This document shows positions 44,266 to 54,278 of a stretch of 64,000 bases of DNA, piece by piece. The number at the start of each line of letters is the position of its first letter. Within the stretch, counting starts at the first letter, position 1. This stretch comes from a phage. The stretch lies in the NCBI GenBank assembly GCA_019338205.1, contig GCA_019338205.1_4761.1; one strand, written 5' to 3'. The notes beneath the pieces were generated by a model, which was not told the origin of the DNA, made no database searches, and saw only the letters and a list, made by a program, of their open reading frames with translations. The translations under genes were made by a program, and so were the position numbers.

Positions 44266-44793
44266 ATGAAATGGGAAGTTGGTAAAACTTACAAGATTGA
44301 ATGCGAAGCGTCGAAAGCCGAACTAACTAAATTTTCGTCGTCTATTAACAGATGTATTGTTGACTTGTTGGCTGGTCGCCCGTTTAGGGTAGAAGACCTT
44401 GACGATGATGGTGATGTTAGAGAAATTACTGTTATTGGTAGTAATTTCGACTCTATGACGTTAAAAGAATCCCCTATTGGCTGTTCCGGCGTGTGGTTTT
44501 GGTCGGGTGAGCGTCGTTTCTTTACCGAAGTTACTATTGAACCTAAGATTCCAGATTCGGAAGAAAAAGAAGAAGACCTAACTTTAGAACGCCTGGGTCT
44601 GCTTATGGAAGCCTACGACATTCAGTTGATCGATAAGATGGGGTTACATAATAGCATTGCCAAAATTACTACCCTAGAAGGTATTAAGAGCGTACTGGAT
44701 GGTATGCCTAGCCGGATCGGTGCTATCCGAGAATACAAACAAACGCGCGACCGTATGATCCAATTAGAATCACGTATCAAAAATGAGAGATGA
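44266..44793 (+). CDS. KWEVGKTY-family protein (nrdD-flanking multigene family)
   Basis: MKWEVGKTY...RPFRV...WFWSGERRFFTEV plus helical tail. Confidence 0.5.
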   Translation: MKWEVGKTYKIECEASKAELTKFSSSINRCIVDLLAGRPFRVEDLDDDGDVREITVIGSNFDSMTLKESPIGCSGVWFWSGERRFFTEVTIEPKIPDSEEKEEDLTLERLGLLMEAYDIQLIDKMGLHNSIAKITTLEGIKSVLDGMPSRIGAIREYKQTRDRMIQLESRIKNER

Positions 44794-44797
44794 TATT

Positions 44798-45262
44798 ATG
44801 AAATGGGAAGTTGGTAAAACCTATGCGTGGAAAGATGTAAAAGATGCAAACCAATTTTTTAAATGGTATGATGTTGATTATTTGAAATATCTGAGATTAC
44901 CGTTTAAAGTTGCGTCGGTTGATGCGAAAAAAGGATACGTGCGGTCTGTATATCTTCATGATGGAACTTATATGAGTTCAACCGATGTAGGTCTATCTTG
45001 TTGGTTTCTGGATCATGACCGTAGCAGATTTGAAGAAATTATTATTCCAGAAGAATCTAAATTAATTGATCTTCTCAAGTTGGCGATGGATAATTATAAA
45101 ATCCGCTTTGAATGCAAATCACATGCGGCTATCGGTGCTAACGCATTGCGTCATATCTCCAGTTTTGAAGAGTTGAAAGATTTTCTTGACAAAATGCCGG
45201 AAAGAGTGCAAGCTATACAGGAAGCAGAGAAAGCATTAAACGAACTTGATAAAATCGGTTAA
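44798..45262 (+). CDS. KWEVGKTY-family protein
   Basis: MKWEVGKTYAWKD...CWFLDHDRSRFEEI plus tail ELKDFLDKMPERV. Confidence 0.5.
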   Translation: MKWEVGKTYAWKDVKDANQFFKWYDVDYLKYLRLPFKVASVDAKKGYVRSVYLHDGTYMSSTDVGLSCWFLDHDRSRFEEIIIPEESKLIDLLKLAMDNYKIRFECKSHAAIGANALRHISSFEELKDFLDKMPERVQAIQEAEKALNELDKIG

Positions 45263-45274
45263 GGGGAATATATT

Positions 45275-46099
45275 ATGAAATGGGAAATTGGTAAAACTTA
45301 CACCTGGAAAGACGAAAACGCTAAAACTGAGTTTATTACTAACGGAGAAGGTGTTCTTTCTCCACTTAACAGCGATATTAGTGCAGCTATTGGTGACAAG
45401 CCATTTACCATCATCGAGATCGAGGGTAACGGTTGGATTGATGCAATAGAGCTAGACGGTGTTTATCATACGGCGAAAACTGCTACAGGAAAAGACATTT
45501 GGACTGCAACATATTTCTTTAGTCCATTCGATAGAAAATTCTTTCGTGAAGTTGAAGAAGTTCCCCAGAAATGGGAAGTTGGTAAAACTTATACTTGGAA
45601 AGATGTGAATGCTATGACAGACTTCTGCCATTATGCTGAAAACGCATCTAACCTTAATTATGTTATTGCACGAGCAATAAATTATAGACCTTTTACTGTT
45701 AAAAATGTTCGTCCATGTGGGCAAATTGATGTAATTGAAATTGATGGTAAAGACCATACTCTAATGAGCGCAACCGAAGATAGAGACCATAAAGGAACTA
45801 GCTGGTTTATTGATTCTGATAGAAAATTCTTTCGTGAAGTAGAAGAATTGGAAGTTATAACCACTGATTCTAAGATCGTTGGACAGTTGAAACGTCTGTT
45901 TAGTAGTCGTTACGGCCTGACAATGGTTAAATTTGGCGAAGCAAATGAAGGTAAAACCTTTGAACGTTTCGATGATTTCATTGCGGCACTTGACAAGATG
46001 GATGAAATCATGCAAGATCGCCAGAAGATTAAAGACCTTCAAGAAGACATTAAACGTCGTGAAGTTGAATTTTTGATTGGTAAAGAGCGAGGTTGGTAA
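45275..46099 (+). CDS. KWEVGKTY-family protein with two tandem modules
   Basis: two copies of KWE(I/V)GKTYTWKD...DRKFFREVEE module plus helical tail. Confidence 0.5.
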   Translation: MKWEIGKTYTWKDENAKTEFITNGEGVLSPLNSDISAAIGDKPFTIIEIEGNGWIDAIELDGVYHTAKTATGKDIWTATYFFSPFDRKFFREVEEVPQKWEVGKTYTWKDVNAMTDFCHYAENASNLNYVIARAINYRPFTVKNVRPCGQIDVIEIDGKDHTLMSATEDRDHKGTSWFIDSDRKFFREVEELEVITTDSKIVGQLKRLFSSRYGLTMVKFGEANEGKTFERFDDFIAALDKMDEIMQDRQKIKDLQEDIKRREVEFLIGKERGW

Positions 46100-46100
46100 T

Positions 46101-46583
46101 ATGTTTGTTGCTGGCGTGACCTATCAGTGGAAAGATAAGAAAACGAGAGAAGATTTTGCAAACTTTAGCGTTGCAAATGATGCAATAGCAGAGTTTATAG
46201 GCGACCGTCCATTTAAAGTTATCGCATTTGATCACCATGCATCGGATGTTGATTATGTTTCTGCGATTGAAATTGATGGCACGGTATACACCTGCTGCAA
46301 TGTTGATGATGTACGGGAATACGCGCACAACTGGTTTTTGCAATCAGAAGAACGTCATTTTAAAGTGGTATCGGCAGAACTGACCACTGATGCAATGTTG
46401 GAACAATTTTTCAACAACTACGAAGTTTCTGTACGTCGATACGGTGAAGAGGAAGTATTTAAAATTGATGACTATAATCAGTTTAAACGAGTATTCGCCA
46501 CTAAGATCCAACGTGATATTGAACGCGAGAAGCGCATTAAGGAACTGGAAGAAGAACTAGAAAGATTAAAGGCTGAGAAATGA
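46101..46583 (+). CDS. KWEVGKTY-family protein (divergent)
   Basis: GVTYQWKD...RPFKV...NWFLQSEERHFKVV plus coiled-coil tail. Confidence 0.5.
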   Translation: MFVAGVTYQWKDKKTREDFANFSVANDAIAEFIGDRPFKVIAFDHHASDVDYVSAIEIDGTVYTCCNVDDVREYAHNWFLQSEERHFKVVSAELTTDAMLEQFFNNYEVSVRRYGEEEVFKIDDYNQFKRVFATKIQRDIEREKRIKELEEELERLKAEK

Positions 46584-46849
46584 TCGAGATATACGGTATA
46601 CCGAAAGAGGCTTATCATTGTTATGGTTGTATTAGTGCAATGAAGCTACTGGATGATCTGGGTATTCCGTATACACTTAAACCAGTATTCAAGCCGGTCG
46701 GGGTTGACATTATTCCCGACCGTGATATGATTGAAGAACTGGCGGGGAGGCTAAACTCAAAGAGCCTCCGGTTTGTATACCCCCAGATATTCATTGACAA
46801 CGAGCACATTGGAGGCTATAAAGAACTGAGGGCGATTTATGATTATTGA
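46580..46849 (+). CDS. nrdH: glutaredoxin-like protein NrdH
   Basis: CYGC active site; PQIFIDNEHIGGY glutaredoxin motif. Confidence 0.8.
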   Translation: MIEIYGIPKEAYHCYGCISAMKLLDDLGIPYTLKPVFKPVGVDIIPDRDMIEELAGRLNSKSLRFVYPQIFIDNEHIGGYKELRAIYDY

Positions 46850-46997
46850 GAATTTAGTTTCGGTGTTCATTATTGCTTTATTTGCTATAATGACTTTACC
46901 GTTGAAGAAGTGTAAGCACTGTAACGGAACAGGATTGCGTGGTGATGGGTGTTGCGCTCATTGTCATGGATCTGGTAAAGTAAGTATCATTAAGTAA
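46839..46997 (+). CDS. small membrane-anchored protein with DnaJ-type CxxCxGxG zinc-finger repeats (52 aa)
   Basis: ATG overlapping nrdH end; TM helix then CKHCNGTG...CAHCHGSG; below ORF-track cut-off. Confidence 0.35.
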   Translation: MIIENLVSVFIIALFAIMTLPLKKCKHCNGTGLRGDGCCAHCHGSGKVSIIK

Positions 46998-47018
46998 TTC
47001 TTGAGTGAGGAATATATT

Positions 47019-47306
47019 ATGTTAGTACACAATGCAATCGCACACATGGTTTATTCTCGATTTGGGCGCATGGAAGAAATCAATATTACCGACGCAGATT
47101 TAGATCTGATGCAAGTCGAAGGCCAGACATATCTGAAAAATAACGGCGTGAATATCGGTAAAGCGCGTGTGCGTGAATTGTTAGTTGAATATATTCTCTC
47201 TGAATTTGGCATTAGTGCTTTCGGTGTGAAAGAGATTGCACCTAAGCGCGAAATTTCTGATAAAATGATCAAGAAATGCCAGAAAGCACGACGTAAGGGT
47301 TTCTAA
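47019..47306 (+). CDS. hypothetical protein (95 aa)
   Basis: ATG 47019 with SD GAGGAA. Confidence 0.45.
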   Translation: MLVHNAIAHMVYSRFGRMEEINITDADLDLMQVEGQTYLKNNGVNIGKARVRELLVEYILSEFGISAFGVKEIAPKREISDKMIKKCQKARRKGF

Positions 47307-48775
47307 TGAAGATTGAAACATTAATTGCATTGCCAGCGGCGGGGAAAACTGATGCTATACTTTCCCACGTCCTAGAGACAAAAGAAAAAGCGGTTATTGC
47401 TTCGCCATCTCGTGTTTTAAGTGAACAATCTTACAATAAGTTTAAAAGAATGGGCGGTCGTGCTGTCTTGATTGATAGCACAAGACTAAGAAGCCTTAAG
47501 ACAGTGCAAGCGTCGATAATGCAATCAGTTAAAGACGGTGCTGATGTGATATTCATTACACATACAGCGTTATCTAATATGGAACGTTCAAAAATGTTTG
47601 GTGAATATGCTCTTTACATTGATGAAGTTCCTCAACTGGTTGAATTTAATGAGTATCCGTTTAAGTCTAATCTTGAACTTATCACGAAGCATTGCGAACC
47701 AATCGCCGACGAATCGGAATGCCTACAGAACTTAGTTCTAAAAGACTCTGAGAAGGCCGTTATCAAAGAAAAGATAGAAAGTGCAAAGGATGGTACTGAT
47801 ATGATCGATTCTTCTCTTAGAGGGCTTTATGAGGCGTTATTAGAGAAGAAAATCAACGTTATGGTAAAACATAACGAAGGACACCGGAAGAATGGGTCGA
47901 AAATTGTTTTCTTGAACGATAACAAACACGGTACGTGGGGAGACTTTAAAAAGGTTACGATAGCATGTGCAAATCTCTTTGATACATATAGCGGGAAGTA
48001 TCTACGATACTATGCAAATTGCGATTTTGTTCCGAGTGCGCTAGAATCCAGACTATATTTCAAAGAGTATAAAAATACAGATAGAGTTAATATCATCCTT
48101 ATGACGGACTCTGAACGATGGTCGCGTCACCAGTCAGAAACAAACAATACCTTTGAACGTCTTGTTGATATGGTTAAAAATGAATGTGGCGATGACTTCA
48201 TTTATACCGTGAATCGGGACCGAGAAGCGTGTACAAATGGTATTGGTGAGCGGATACCTTACGGATCTTATGGTCTTAACTCTTACATTCATCATAAAAA
48301 TGTTGCTGTGATGTTCAGCTTTAACCCGCAACGATGGGAGATTGATATTTTAAAAGGTCTTGCTAATAGTTGTGATCTCCCGACAAACGAGTTTTTGAAA
48401 GCGCGTCATGTGTCTGATTATCTGGAACCAGCATTTCAATTATGTTTGCGTTGTAACCTGAGAGACAACGAGAGCAAGGAGAATGTTAATCTATATGTTC
48501 CTGATTTGGCGTTGGTAGATTATCTAAAAACGTTTCTACCTGATGCCAATGTAATAACAGACCGAATGATTCCGCTAGAATGTGGTGAGCGTAAAGGGCG
48601 AAAATCATTTAAAAAGATGTTCGATTTTAACGAGCAAGAGAATGCAAGATTTAACGGATTTAAGTACCGCATGAAGAAAAAGGGAAAAACTCTTGATCCG
48701 TCTGACGGTGAATCTGTAGAGATGGTTAGAGTGTGGATAACTAAGCAAAGAAAGTATAATGGTAATGGGGAATAG
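47306..48775 (+). CDS. P-loop NTPase of unknown function (489 aa)
   Basis: Walker A LPAAGKTDA and Walker B ALYIDEVP; no counterpart recognised at this position in T4. Confidence 0.55.
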   Translation: MKIETLIALPAAGKTDAILSHVLETKEKAVIASPSRVLSEQSYNKFKRMGGRAVLIDSTRLRSLKTVQASIMQSVKDGADVIFITHTALSNMERSKMFGEYALYIDEVPQLVEFNEYPFKSNLELITKHCEPIADESECLQNLVLKDSEKAVIKEKIESAKDGTDMIDSSLRGLYEALLEKKINVMVKHNEGHRKNGSKIVFLNDNKHGTWGDFKKVTIACANLFDTYSGKYLRYYANCDFVPSALESRLYFKEYKNTDRVNIILMTDSERWSRHQSETNNTFERLVDMVKNECGDDFIYTVNRDREACTNGIGERIPYGSYGLNSYIHHKNVAVMFSFNPQRWEIDILKGLANSCDLPTNEFLKARHVSDYLEPAFQLCLRCNLRDNESKENVNLYVPDLALVDYLKTFLPDANVITDRMIPLECGERKGRKSFKKMFDFNEQENARFNGFKYRMKKKGKTLDPSDGESVEMVRVWITKQRKYNGNGE

Positions 48776-48815
48776 CCCGAAAGGGTTATTTCCTAAATAA
48801 TAGCGAGGGTGCGAA

Positions 48816-49349
48816 GTGTCTGATTATGTAAACAATAAAGAGCTTTACGAAGAAATTTGCCGTTGGAAACAACAAATTGCAGCAGAAGGTCGGCAAGTTC
48901 CAATGAGCGATCAAATCGGCCTAGCAATTATGCAAATCTCTAAAAATCTATCACGTCGTTTTAACTTTTCTGGTTATAGTCAAACATGGCGCGAAGAAAT
49001 GATCGACGACGGAATCGAAGCGGCGGTCAAGGGTTTGATTAATTTTGACGAGACAAAGTATAAAAATCCTCATGCTTACATCACGCAAGCGTGCTTTAAT
49101 GCTTTTGTACAGCGCATTAAAAAAGAGAGAACAGCGACAGCCGCAAAATACAAATATTTTGTGCATCATGTATATGACGAACGCGACGCTGATATGTGCC
49201 AGATTGCTGATGAGGCATTCATACAGGACATTTACGATAAAATCAACAACTACGAGGAATCGGTCAATAAACCGAAAGCGCCAAAGGTTGAAGATGTATT
49301 GACCGAGGAATTGCCTAGCCTGGACCAATTTTATGAGATTGAAAATTAA
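48816..49349 (+). CDS. 55: late transcription sigma factor gp55
   Basis: 177 aa; [16 protein letters not shown]-terminus typical of gp55; position between nrdH and gene 47. Confidence 0.85.
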   Translation: MSDYVNNKELYEEICRWKQQIAAEGRQVPMSDQIGLAIMQISKNLSRRFNFSGYSQTWREEMIDDGIEAAVKGLINFDETKYKNPHAYITQACFNAFVQRIKKERTATAAKYKYFVHHVYDERDADMCQIADEAFIQDIYDKINNYEESVNKPKAPKVEDVLTEELPSLDQFYEIEN

Positions 49350-49566
49350 CATTTCCCGTTTGCTGGAAGAAGCAGAGTTTGAAACTGACCTTGTGCCGTA
49401 TTTCGCCAAATTATTTTTGAGAGATTGCGGCGTTCCGGTGATTATCGATCCGTGCAATATCAAATCACCGGATCTTGAGGTCTTTACGGGTACAATCTCA
49501 CATAGCTATAATGTATCAGAAGATGAATTTTCTTTAATAATTGATTATATCCCAGAAGGAAAATAA
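49333..49566 (+). CDS. hypothetical protein (77 aa)
   Basis: ORF track. Confidence 0.4.
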   Translation: MRLKINISRLLEEAEFETDLVPYFAKLFLRDCGVPVIIDPCNIKSPDLEVFTGTISHSYNVSEDEFSLIIDYIPEGK

Positions 49567-49567
49567 C

Positions 49568-49855
49568 ATGACTTACGATGAACAGCATGACCAGATTGCA
49601 GTGAATGAAGTAGACAAAGTACAAGCAGAACTAGAGGCTAAAGCCGCTAAGAAAGCGGAAAAGATCTTGCGTAAGAACTCGCGAGAGATTGCACGCCTTA
49701 AGCGGTGGGCTGAACAAGCTATCATCGATGATAACCGTGATGCGTATATCTACGCTATCGGAAAGTTACGTGATATCTATAAACAGCCACACACGCCAGA
49801 ACTGCTTTCTGCTATGTGGATTAGTACACGGCAAACGGTATTAAGTATGCTGTAA
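49568..49855 (+). CDS. hypothetical protein (95 aa)
   Basis: ORF track frame; ATG 49568. Confidence 0.4.
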   Translation: MTYDEQHDQIAVNEVDKVQAELEAKAAKKAEKILRKNSREIARLKRWAEQAIIDDNRDAYIYAIGKLRDIYKQPHTPELLSAMWISTRQTVLSML

Positions 49856-49866
49856 TGGCTTTATAA

Positions 49867-49900
49867 GGGAGACTCCGAAAGGGGTTTCCCTTTTTATTTT
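49867..49900 (+). terminator. intrinsic terminator
   Basis: gggagac/gtttccc stem with one G-U pair, then TTTTTATTTT. Confidence 0.6.
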
Positions 49901-49945
49901 TCTATGATATAGTGAGAGCATCGAAAACGAAGAGAGGAAGAGACT

Positions 49946-50971
49946 ATGAAAATTTTGCTTTTAGGTGATCTGCATACTGGCATCGGTGGCGATGATCCGT
50001 GGGTGCATGAATATATTTTAGACACGATCAAGAAAGCGGTTGATTATTCTAAAGAAAACGGTATTAAGATATGGATTCAAACAGGGGATTGGTTTGATTG
50101 TCGCAAGGCTATCACACATGAAACCATGAAATTTAACCGTACTAAGGTCATCCCATTACTGGAAGAGGCAGGAATCACCTGTTATATCACGGTCGGGAAT
50201 CATGATATGTTTAAGCGCAATAAGATCCAGCCTAACTCGCCGCGTGAAGTGTTAAGCCAGTATGATTGCATTAAGGTTATTGATAAGCCGGAAACAGTTA
50301 CCTTTGATGGGGTATCATTCGACCTGTTCCCGTGGTTTTGTGATGACAATAAATCCGAGGTTTTAGAGTTTATTCAAAATTCATTCAGCGAATATTGTGT
50401 AGGCCATTGGGAGTTGTCCGGCTACTATTTCTATAAAGGGTTAAAATCCGAAGGTTATAGCGCGGACTTCCTCAAGAAATACCGTGAAGTGTTTTCCGGT
50501 CACTTTCATACTATCAGTGATGGCGGTAACGTAACGTATATAGGTACACCATACACACTAACGGCGGGTGACGAAAACGATCCGCGTGGTTTTTGGGTAT
50601 TCGATACAGATACACACAAAAAGGAGTTTATCCAGAATGACAAAACTTATCATGTGCGTATCACTTACCCGTCAGATGATAAAATCGATGTAGAACGCTT
50701 TAAAGGGCTTAGTGTGCGCCTAATTGCAACGGTCGCTGATAATGGGTTAACTAAGTTAGAAAGCGCGTTAGAGGCCGTTGTACACAAGCTAAAAGTGGTC
50801 CATAAGCTGGAGAGTAGCGCATCACAGGAAACAGGTGTTATTGAAGTTAAAAGCACTATTCAGATGGTCTATGAATATCTGGAAGAACAAAACCTAGAAC
50901 CGGAAGAACTTGCGGCAGTTAAGCGTATCTCTGATGAACTTTTAGCCGAAGTAAATAGCGCAAAAAGTTAG
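49946..50971 (+). CDS. 47: recombination endonuclease subunit gp47 (Mre11/SbcD-like)
   Basis: phosphoesterase motifs GDLH, GNHD, GHFH; 341 aa versus T4 339 aa. Confidence 0.93.
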   Translation: MKILLLGDLHTGIGGDDPWVHEYILDTIKKAVDYSKENGIKIWIQTGDWFDCRKAITHETMKFNRTKVIPLLEEAGITCYITVGNHDMFKRNKIQPNSPREVLSQYDCIKVIDKPETVTFDGVSFDLFPWFCDDNKSEVLEFIQNSFSEYCVGHWELSGYYFYKGLKSEGYSADFLKKYREVFSGHFHTISDGGNVTYIGTPYTLTAGDENDPRGFWVFDTDTHKKEFIQNDKTYHVRITYPSDDKIDVERFKGLSVRLIATVADNGLTKLESALEAVVHKLKVVHKLESSASQETGVIEVKSTIQMVYEYLEEQNLEPEELAAVKRISDELLAEVNSAKS

Positions 50972-51000
50972 TTGACGCGGGGAGAAATCCCCGTTATACT
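50972..51000 (+). promoter_or_regulatory. early promoter cassette with spacer hairpin (TTGACG-cgggga.tccccg-TATACT)
   Basis: TTGACG 50972-50977, TATACT 50995-51000. Confidence 0.55.
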
Positions 51001-51025
51001 CTCTAAAAATTGATGGGAGGTTATT

Positions 51026-51277
51026 ATGATTACTGACACACTGAAAGAATTTAACGCAAGTTTAGAGAAGTTTACTAAGATCCGAGTTTTTGAGGTTGTT
51101 CGGAATGGTCAACATATGCTATCCTTCCGTTCTAATTACGGGATGTGGACACATGATGAAATTCCTTTCGACCGAGACAATATCACTAGACTGGAACTAG
51201 CAACCATCGTATCCCGTAAGGTTGCTGATATTACCCAGAATGTTATTGCTCGTGGGTCTATGGAGTCTGTACGATGA
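51026..51277 (+). CDS. hypothetical protein (83 aa)
   Basis: ORF track. Confidence 0.45.
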   Translation: MITDTLKEFNASLEKFTKIRVFEVVRNGQHMLSFRSNYGMWTHDEIPFDRDNITRLELATIVSRKVADITQNVIARGSMESVR

Positions 51278-51591
51278 AAACACTTGCACAAAAAGTAATG
51301 GAATTTAATGCAGCGTTGCCTATGTTTGCTCGCCGTAAGGGGATCTCCGTTGATGTATGGTATTCCAAAGAGCATGAAGAAGTTCGGATGATGCTCGAAA
51401 AGCGACTCACTGACACTACCGTTAAGTGTAAGTTTCGCTCTATTCCTCGCGATGAAATAGAATTTGATGAAAGCTATTACTTTACGCTGCGTCATGTGCT
51501 GAAACAAGCAATGGATGAACTTTTAGAAGACCTGAAACAATATGAGATTGAAGGGGGAACATATTATGAATACGACTATGGTCGCGGCTGA
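51274..51591 (+). CDS. hypothetical protein (105 aa)
   Basis: ORF track; ATGA overlap. Confidence 0.45.
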   Translation: MKTLAQKVMEFNAALPMFARRKGISVDVWYSKEHEEVRMMLEKRLTDTTVKCKFRSIPRDEIEFDESYYFTLRHVLKQAMDELLEDLKQYEIEGGTYYEYDYGRG

Positions 51592-52138
51592 TCCAGATAA
51601 ATTGGTAATGCAACATTTTATTACGCTGTTGCATAACTACACGATAAAACAATCACATTACAAGAATCCGATTTATGGTTATCTGAAAGCGAATATTTCA
51701 TCTACGTGGGGTCAGCCAGTGGTTAAGCTGTATTATGATGATGGTTATCATCGTTATCTTAAAGTGATACATCCACAAGAATTGATGATCAATATGGATA
51801 TGGGCGTATTTGTAAAAGACAAAGTAGAATCCATTATTAAGAGTGTGGTTGGTGAATATAATCCGATTGTATATGGTGCTTTCGTACAGTGGAAACAATC
51901 CAGCAAGTATTATTTTCCGAATACTCCATTGACGTTAACAGGTTGGATCTCTGTCATGCATAGTGGGGTATTCCTGGAAGCGTCAGAGACAATGTATAAA
52001 GGGTATATTCTCCCACATCGACTGGTGAAGTGTGATTATCGCTTGACTGTAGGTGAATTTCGCGATATTCTGGAACAACAAGCGGAAGACCTGCAAGGTG
52101 AAATTGAAGAATTTTTAGAGGAACATAAACTAAAATGA
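51566..52138 (+). CDS. hypothetical protein (190 aa)
   Basis: ORF track frame; ATG 51566. Confidence 0.45.
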   Translation: MNTTMVAADPDKLVMQHFITLLHNYTIKQSHYKNPIYGYLKANISSTWGQPVVKLYYDDGYHRYLKVIHPQELMINMDMGVFVKDKVESIIKSVVGEYNPIVYGAFVQWKQSSKYYFPNTPLTLTGWISVMHSGVFLEASETMYKGYILPHRLVKCDYRLTVGEFRDILEQQAEDLQGEIEEFLEEHKLK

Positions 52139-52398
52139 TTCTATCGATGACCTACCTTAGACACAGGGTTATAGAAGGTCTTCGCGAATATCTGGCATTG
52201 AATAAAGGGATTTATGTTGATCCCTTTATGACATATGATCCTGCGACACTGGATTATGTGATCATGTTGCCAGATCGCAGAGACACATTAGTTAAAGTGA
52301 AGGCGGCAAGTGTTTACAACATTGATGAAGATGTGTTAGCATTTAATATTATGGAATGTGTGATTGCGGAGTGGATTAATGGCAAAGTTAAATTTTAA
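52135..52398 (+). CDS. hypothetical protein (87 aa)
   Basis: ORF track; ATGA overlap. Confidence 0.4.
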   Translation: MILSMTYLRHRVIEGLREYLALNKGIYVDPFMTYDPATLDYVIMLPDRRDTLVKVKAASVYNIDEDVLAFNIMECVIAEWINGKVKF

Positions 52399-54061
52399 AA
52401 CCTTGCGCTATCAAAATATAATGAGCGTTGGTGCTGAACCTGTAGAGATTCAGCTAGACGGATTCAAAAAGACACTAATCACTGGCGTTAACGGTGCTGG
52501 TAAATCAACAATGATCGAGGCGCTTTGCTTTGTGTTGTTCGGTAAACCGTTTCGTAGTATCAAGAAAGGCCAATTGATTAACAGCGTCAACAAAAAGAAA
52601 CTGTTAGTCGAAGTCTGGTTTGAACTGGACGGGAAAGAGTTTTATATCAAACGTGGTCAAAAGCCGGAAGTATTCGAAGTGCATCGCGACGGTCAAAAGA
52701 TCGACGAGAGCGCAAGCACCAAAGACTTTCAGGAATATTTTGAAGGTATCATAGGCATGAACCTAGCCAGCTTCAAACAGATCGTTGTTTTAGGCACTGC
52801 TGGTTATGTTCCGTTTATGAGTCTTCCGGCAGCGGGTCGCCGTAAACTGGTCGAGGATTTGCTTGATATTGCTACGCTAGGCGAAATGGATAAACTGAAT
52901 AAAGCGTATGTGCGCGAGATTACCCAGAATATCCAAATGCAGGAAATGAAAGCTAATCACGTTCAGCAACAAATCAACACTCATAAAAAGTACATAGAAG
53001 ACGCTAGCAAGGCGAGTGCCGAGAATCTCCAGCGTTTACAGAATATGTATGATAAAGAGGTGGAATCGGCTAAAGCATTTAAAGCCGAAGAAACTCGCTT
53101 GACCGATGAGCTATTGGCTGTTGTTATGCCGGAAGATCCTAGCGCGGCATTGGCTAAAATTAATACGGCTATCGCACAGATTGGTGCGCAGATCCAGAAC
53201 TTTGACCGTGTTATTCATATGCATGAGAAAGGAGGGATCTGTCCTACGTGCACACAACCGATCATTCAGGGTAATGATCAAGCGGTGCGCGAGCAAAAAG
53301 CACAAGCAGAACATAAGCTGTCTCTGATTGACGAGAAGCGCGTAGAATACGCAGAGAAAGCCAATTCTTTCCAGACAGCACAAACTAAGGTCTTGGAAAT
53401 TAAACGCGCTATAGAGTCACAGAGAGCTAATTTAACGGCATCTGTAGGTCGGGCTAAACAGATCCAGAAAGCAATTCAGGAATTACAAAAAGAAAGGGTT
53501 GACAATTCCGAAGAACTTGCTAAACTGGAACACGAACTGGTAGAGATCACTAATGAAAAATCAAAACTAGTTCTTGAAAAATATCACCGTGGATTTGTAA
53601 CAGAAATGTTGAAGGATTCCGGTGTTAAGGCGTCTATCGTCAAGAAATATATTCCATATTTCAATGATCGGATTGCGTATTATCTTGATATCATGGAAGC
53701 GGATTATATCTTTACGCTAGATGAAGAGTTTAACGAAACAATCAAATCACGGGGGCGTGAATCGTTTTCGTATACATCGTTCAGTCAAGGCGAAAAGGCA
53801 CGTATTGACCTTGCGATGCTCTTTACATGGCGTGATGTTGCTGGTAAAGTATCTGGTACTAATATTTCTTTGTTGGTACTCGACGAAATTTATGATGGGG
53901 CTACTGACGTTCAGGGCGTAAAAGCACTTGATTCCATCATTGACAAGTTAGATGATAACGTGTATATTATCAGCCATCGTGACCATAACCCTGATGATTT
54001 TAGCCGTCATCTCAAGATGGTTAAACGTGGGCGATTCACTGAAATGAATGTTAACATTTGA
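52379..54061 (+). CDS. 46: recombination endonuclease subunit gp46 (Rad50/SbcC-like ATPase)
   Basis: Walker A GVNGAGKST, CPTC zinc hook, Walker B LLVLDE; about 560 aa. Confidence 0.93.
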   Translation: MAKLNFKTLRYQNIMSVGAEPVEIQLDGFKKTLITGVNGAGKSTMIEALCFVLFGKPFRSIKKGQLINSVNKKKLLVEVWFELDGKEFYIKRGQKPEVFEVHRDGQKIDESASTKDFQEYFEGIIGMNLASFKQIVVLGTAGYVPFMSLPAAGRRKLVEDLLDIATLGEMDKLNKAYVREITQNIQMQEMKANHVQQQINTHKKYIEDASKASAENLQRLQNMYDKEVESAKAFKAEETRLTDELLAVVMPEDPSAALAKINTAIAQIGAQIQNFDRVIHMHEKGGICPTCTQPIIQGNDQAVREQKAQAEHKLSLIDEKRVEYAEKANSFQTAQTKVLEIKRAIESQRANLTASVGRAKQIQKAIQELQKERVDNSEELAKLEHELVEITNEKSKLVLEKYHRGFVTEMLKDSGVKASIVKKYIPYFNDRIAYYLDIMEADYIFTLDEEFNETIKSRGRESFSYTSFSQGEKARIDLAMLFTWRDVAGKVSGTNISLLVLDEIYDGATDVQGVKALDSIIDKLDDNVYIISHRDHNPDDFSRHLKMVKRGRFTEMNVNI

Positions 54062-54278
54062 CAGAGTAACGCAGCCGGAGTTAGAATTGTATACCTTAAT
54101 CAATCTATATTCCGGTGAAGAATATGTAGTTAGTATGGGGGATATGAAAAACAGCATATACAGCGATGCAGACATAACAAAAATGTTGTCTTGTCGTCAT
54201 CATGAGTTTATGCTGGTCCCCAACTTTGATAAACTCGATTACCCTGATGCTGGGGTTGCAACAAACTTTAGAACGTGA
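54048..54278 (+). CDS. hypothetical small protein (start uncertain)
   Basis: ORF track only. Confidence 0.25.
   Translation: MLTFDRVTQPELELYTLINLYSGEEYVVSMGDMKNSIYSDADITKMLSCRHHEFMLVPNFDKLDYPDAGVATNFRT

Noticed and set aside
49901-49945. Full promoter cassette upstream of gene 47
   Set aside because: Leader-like sequence (catcgaaaacgaag) and a TATGAT are present but there is no TTGACA at the right spacing; probably a degraded cassette or a middle-type promoter.
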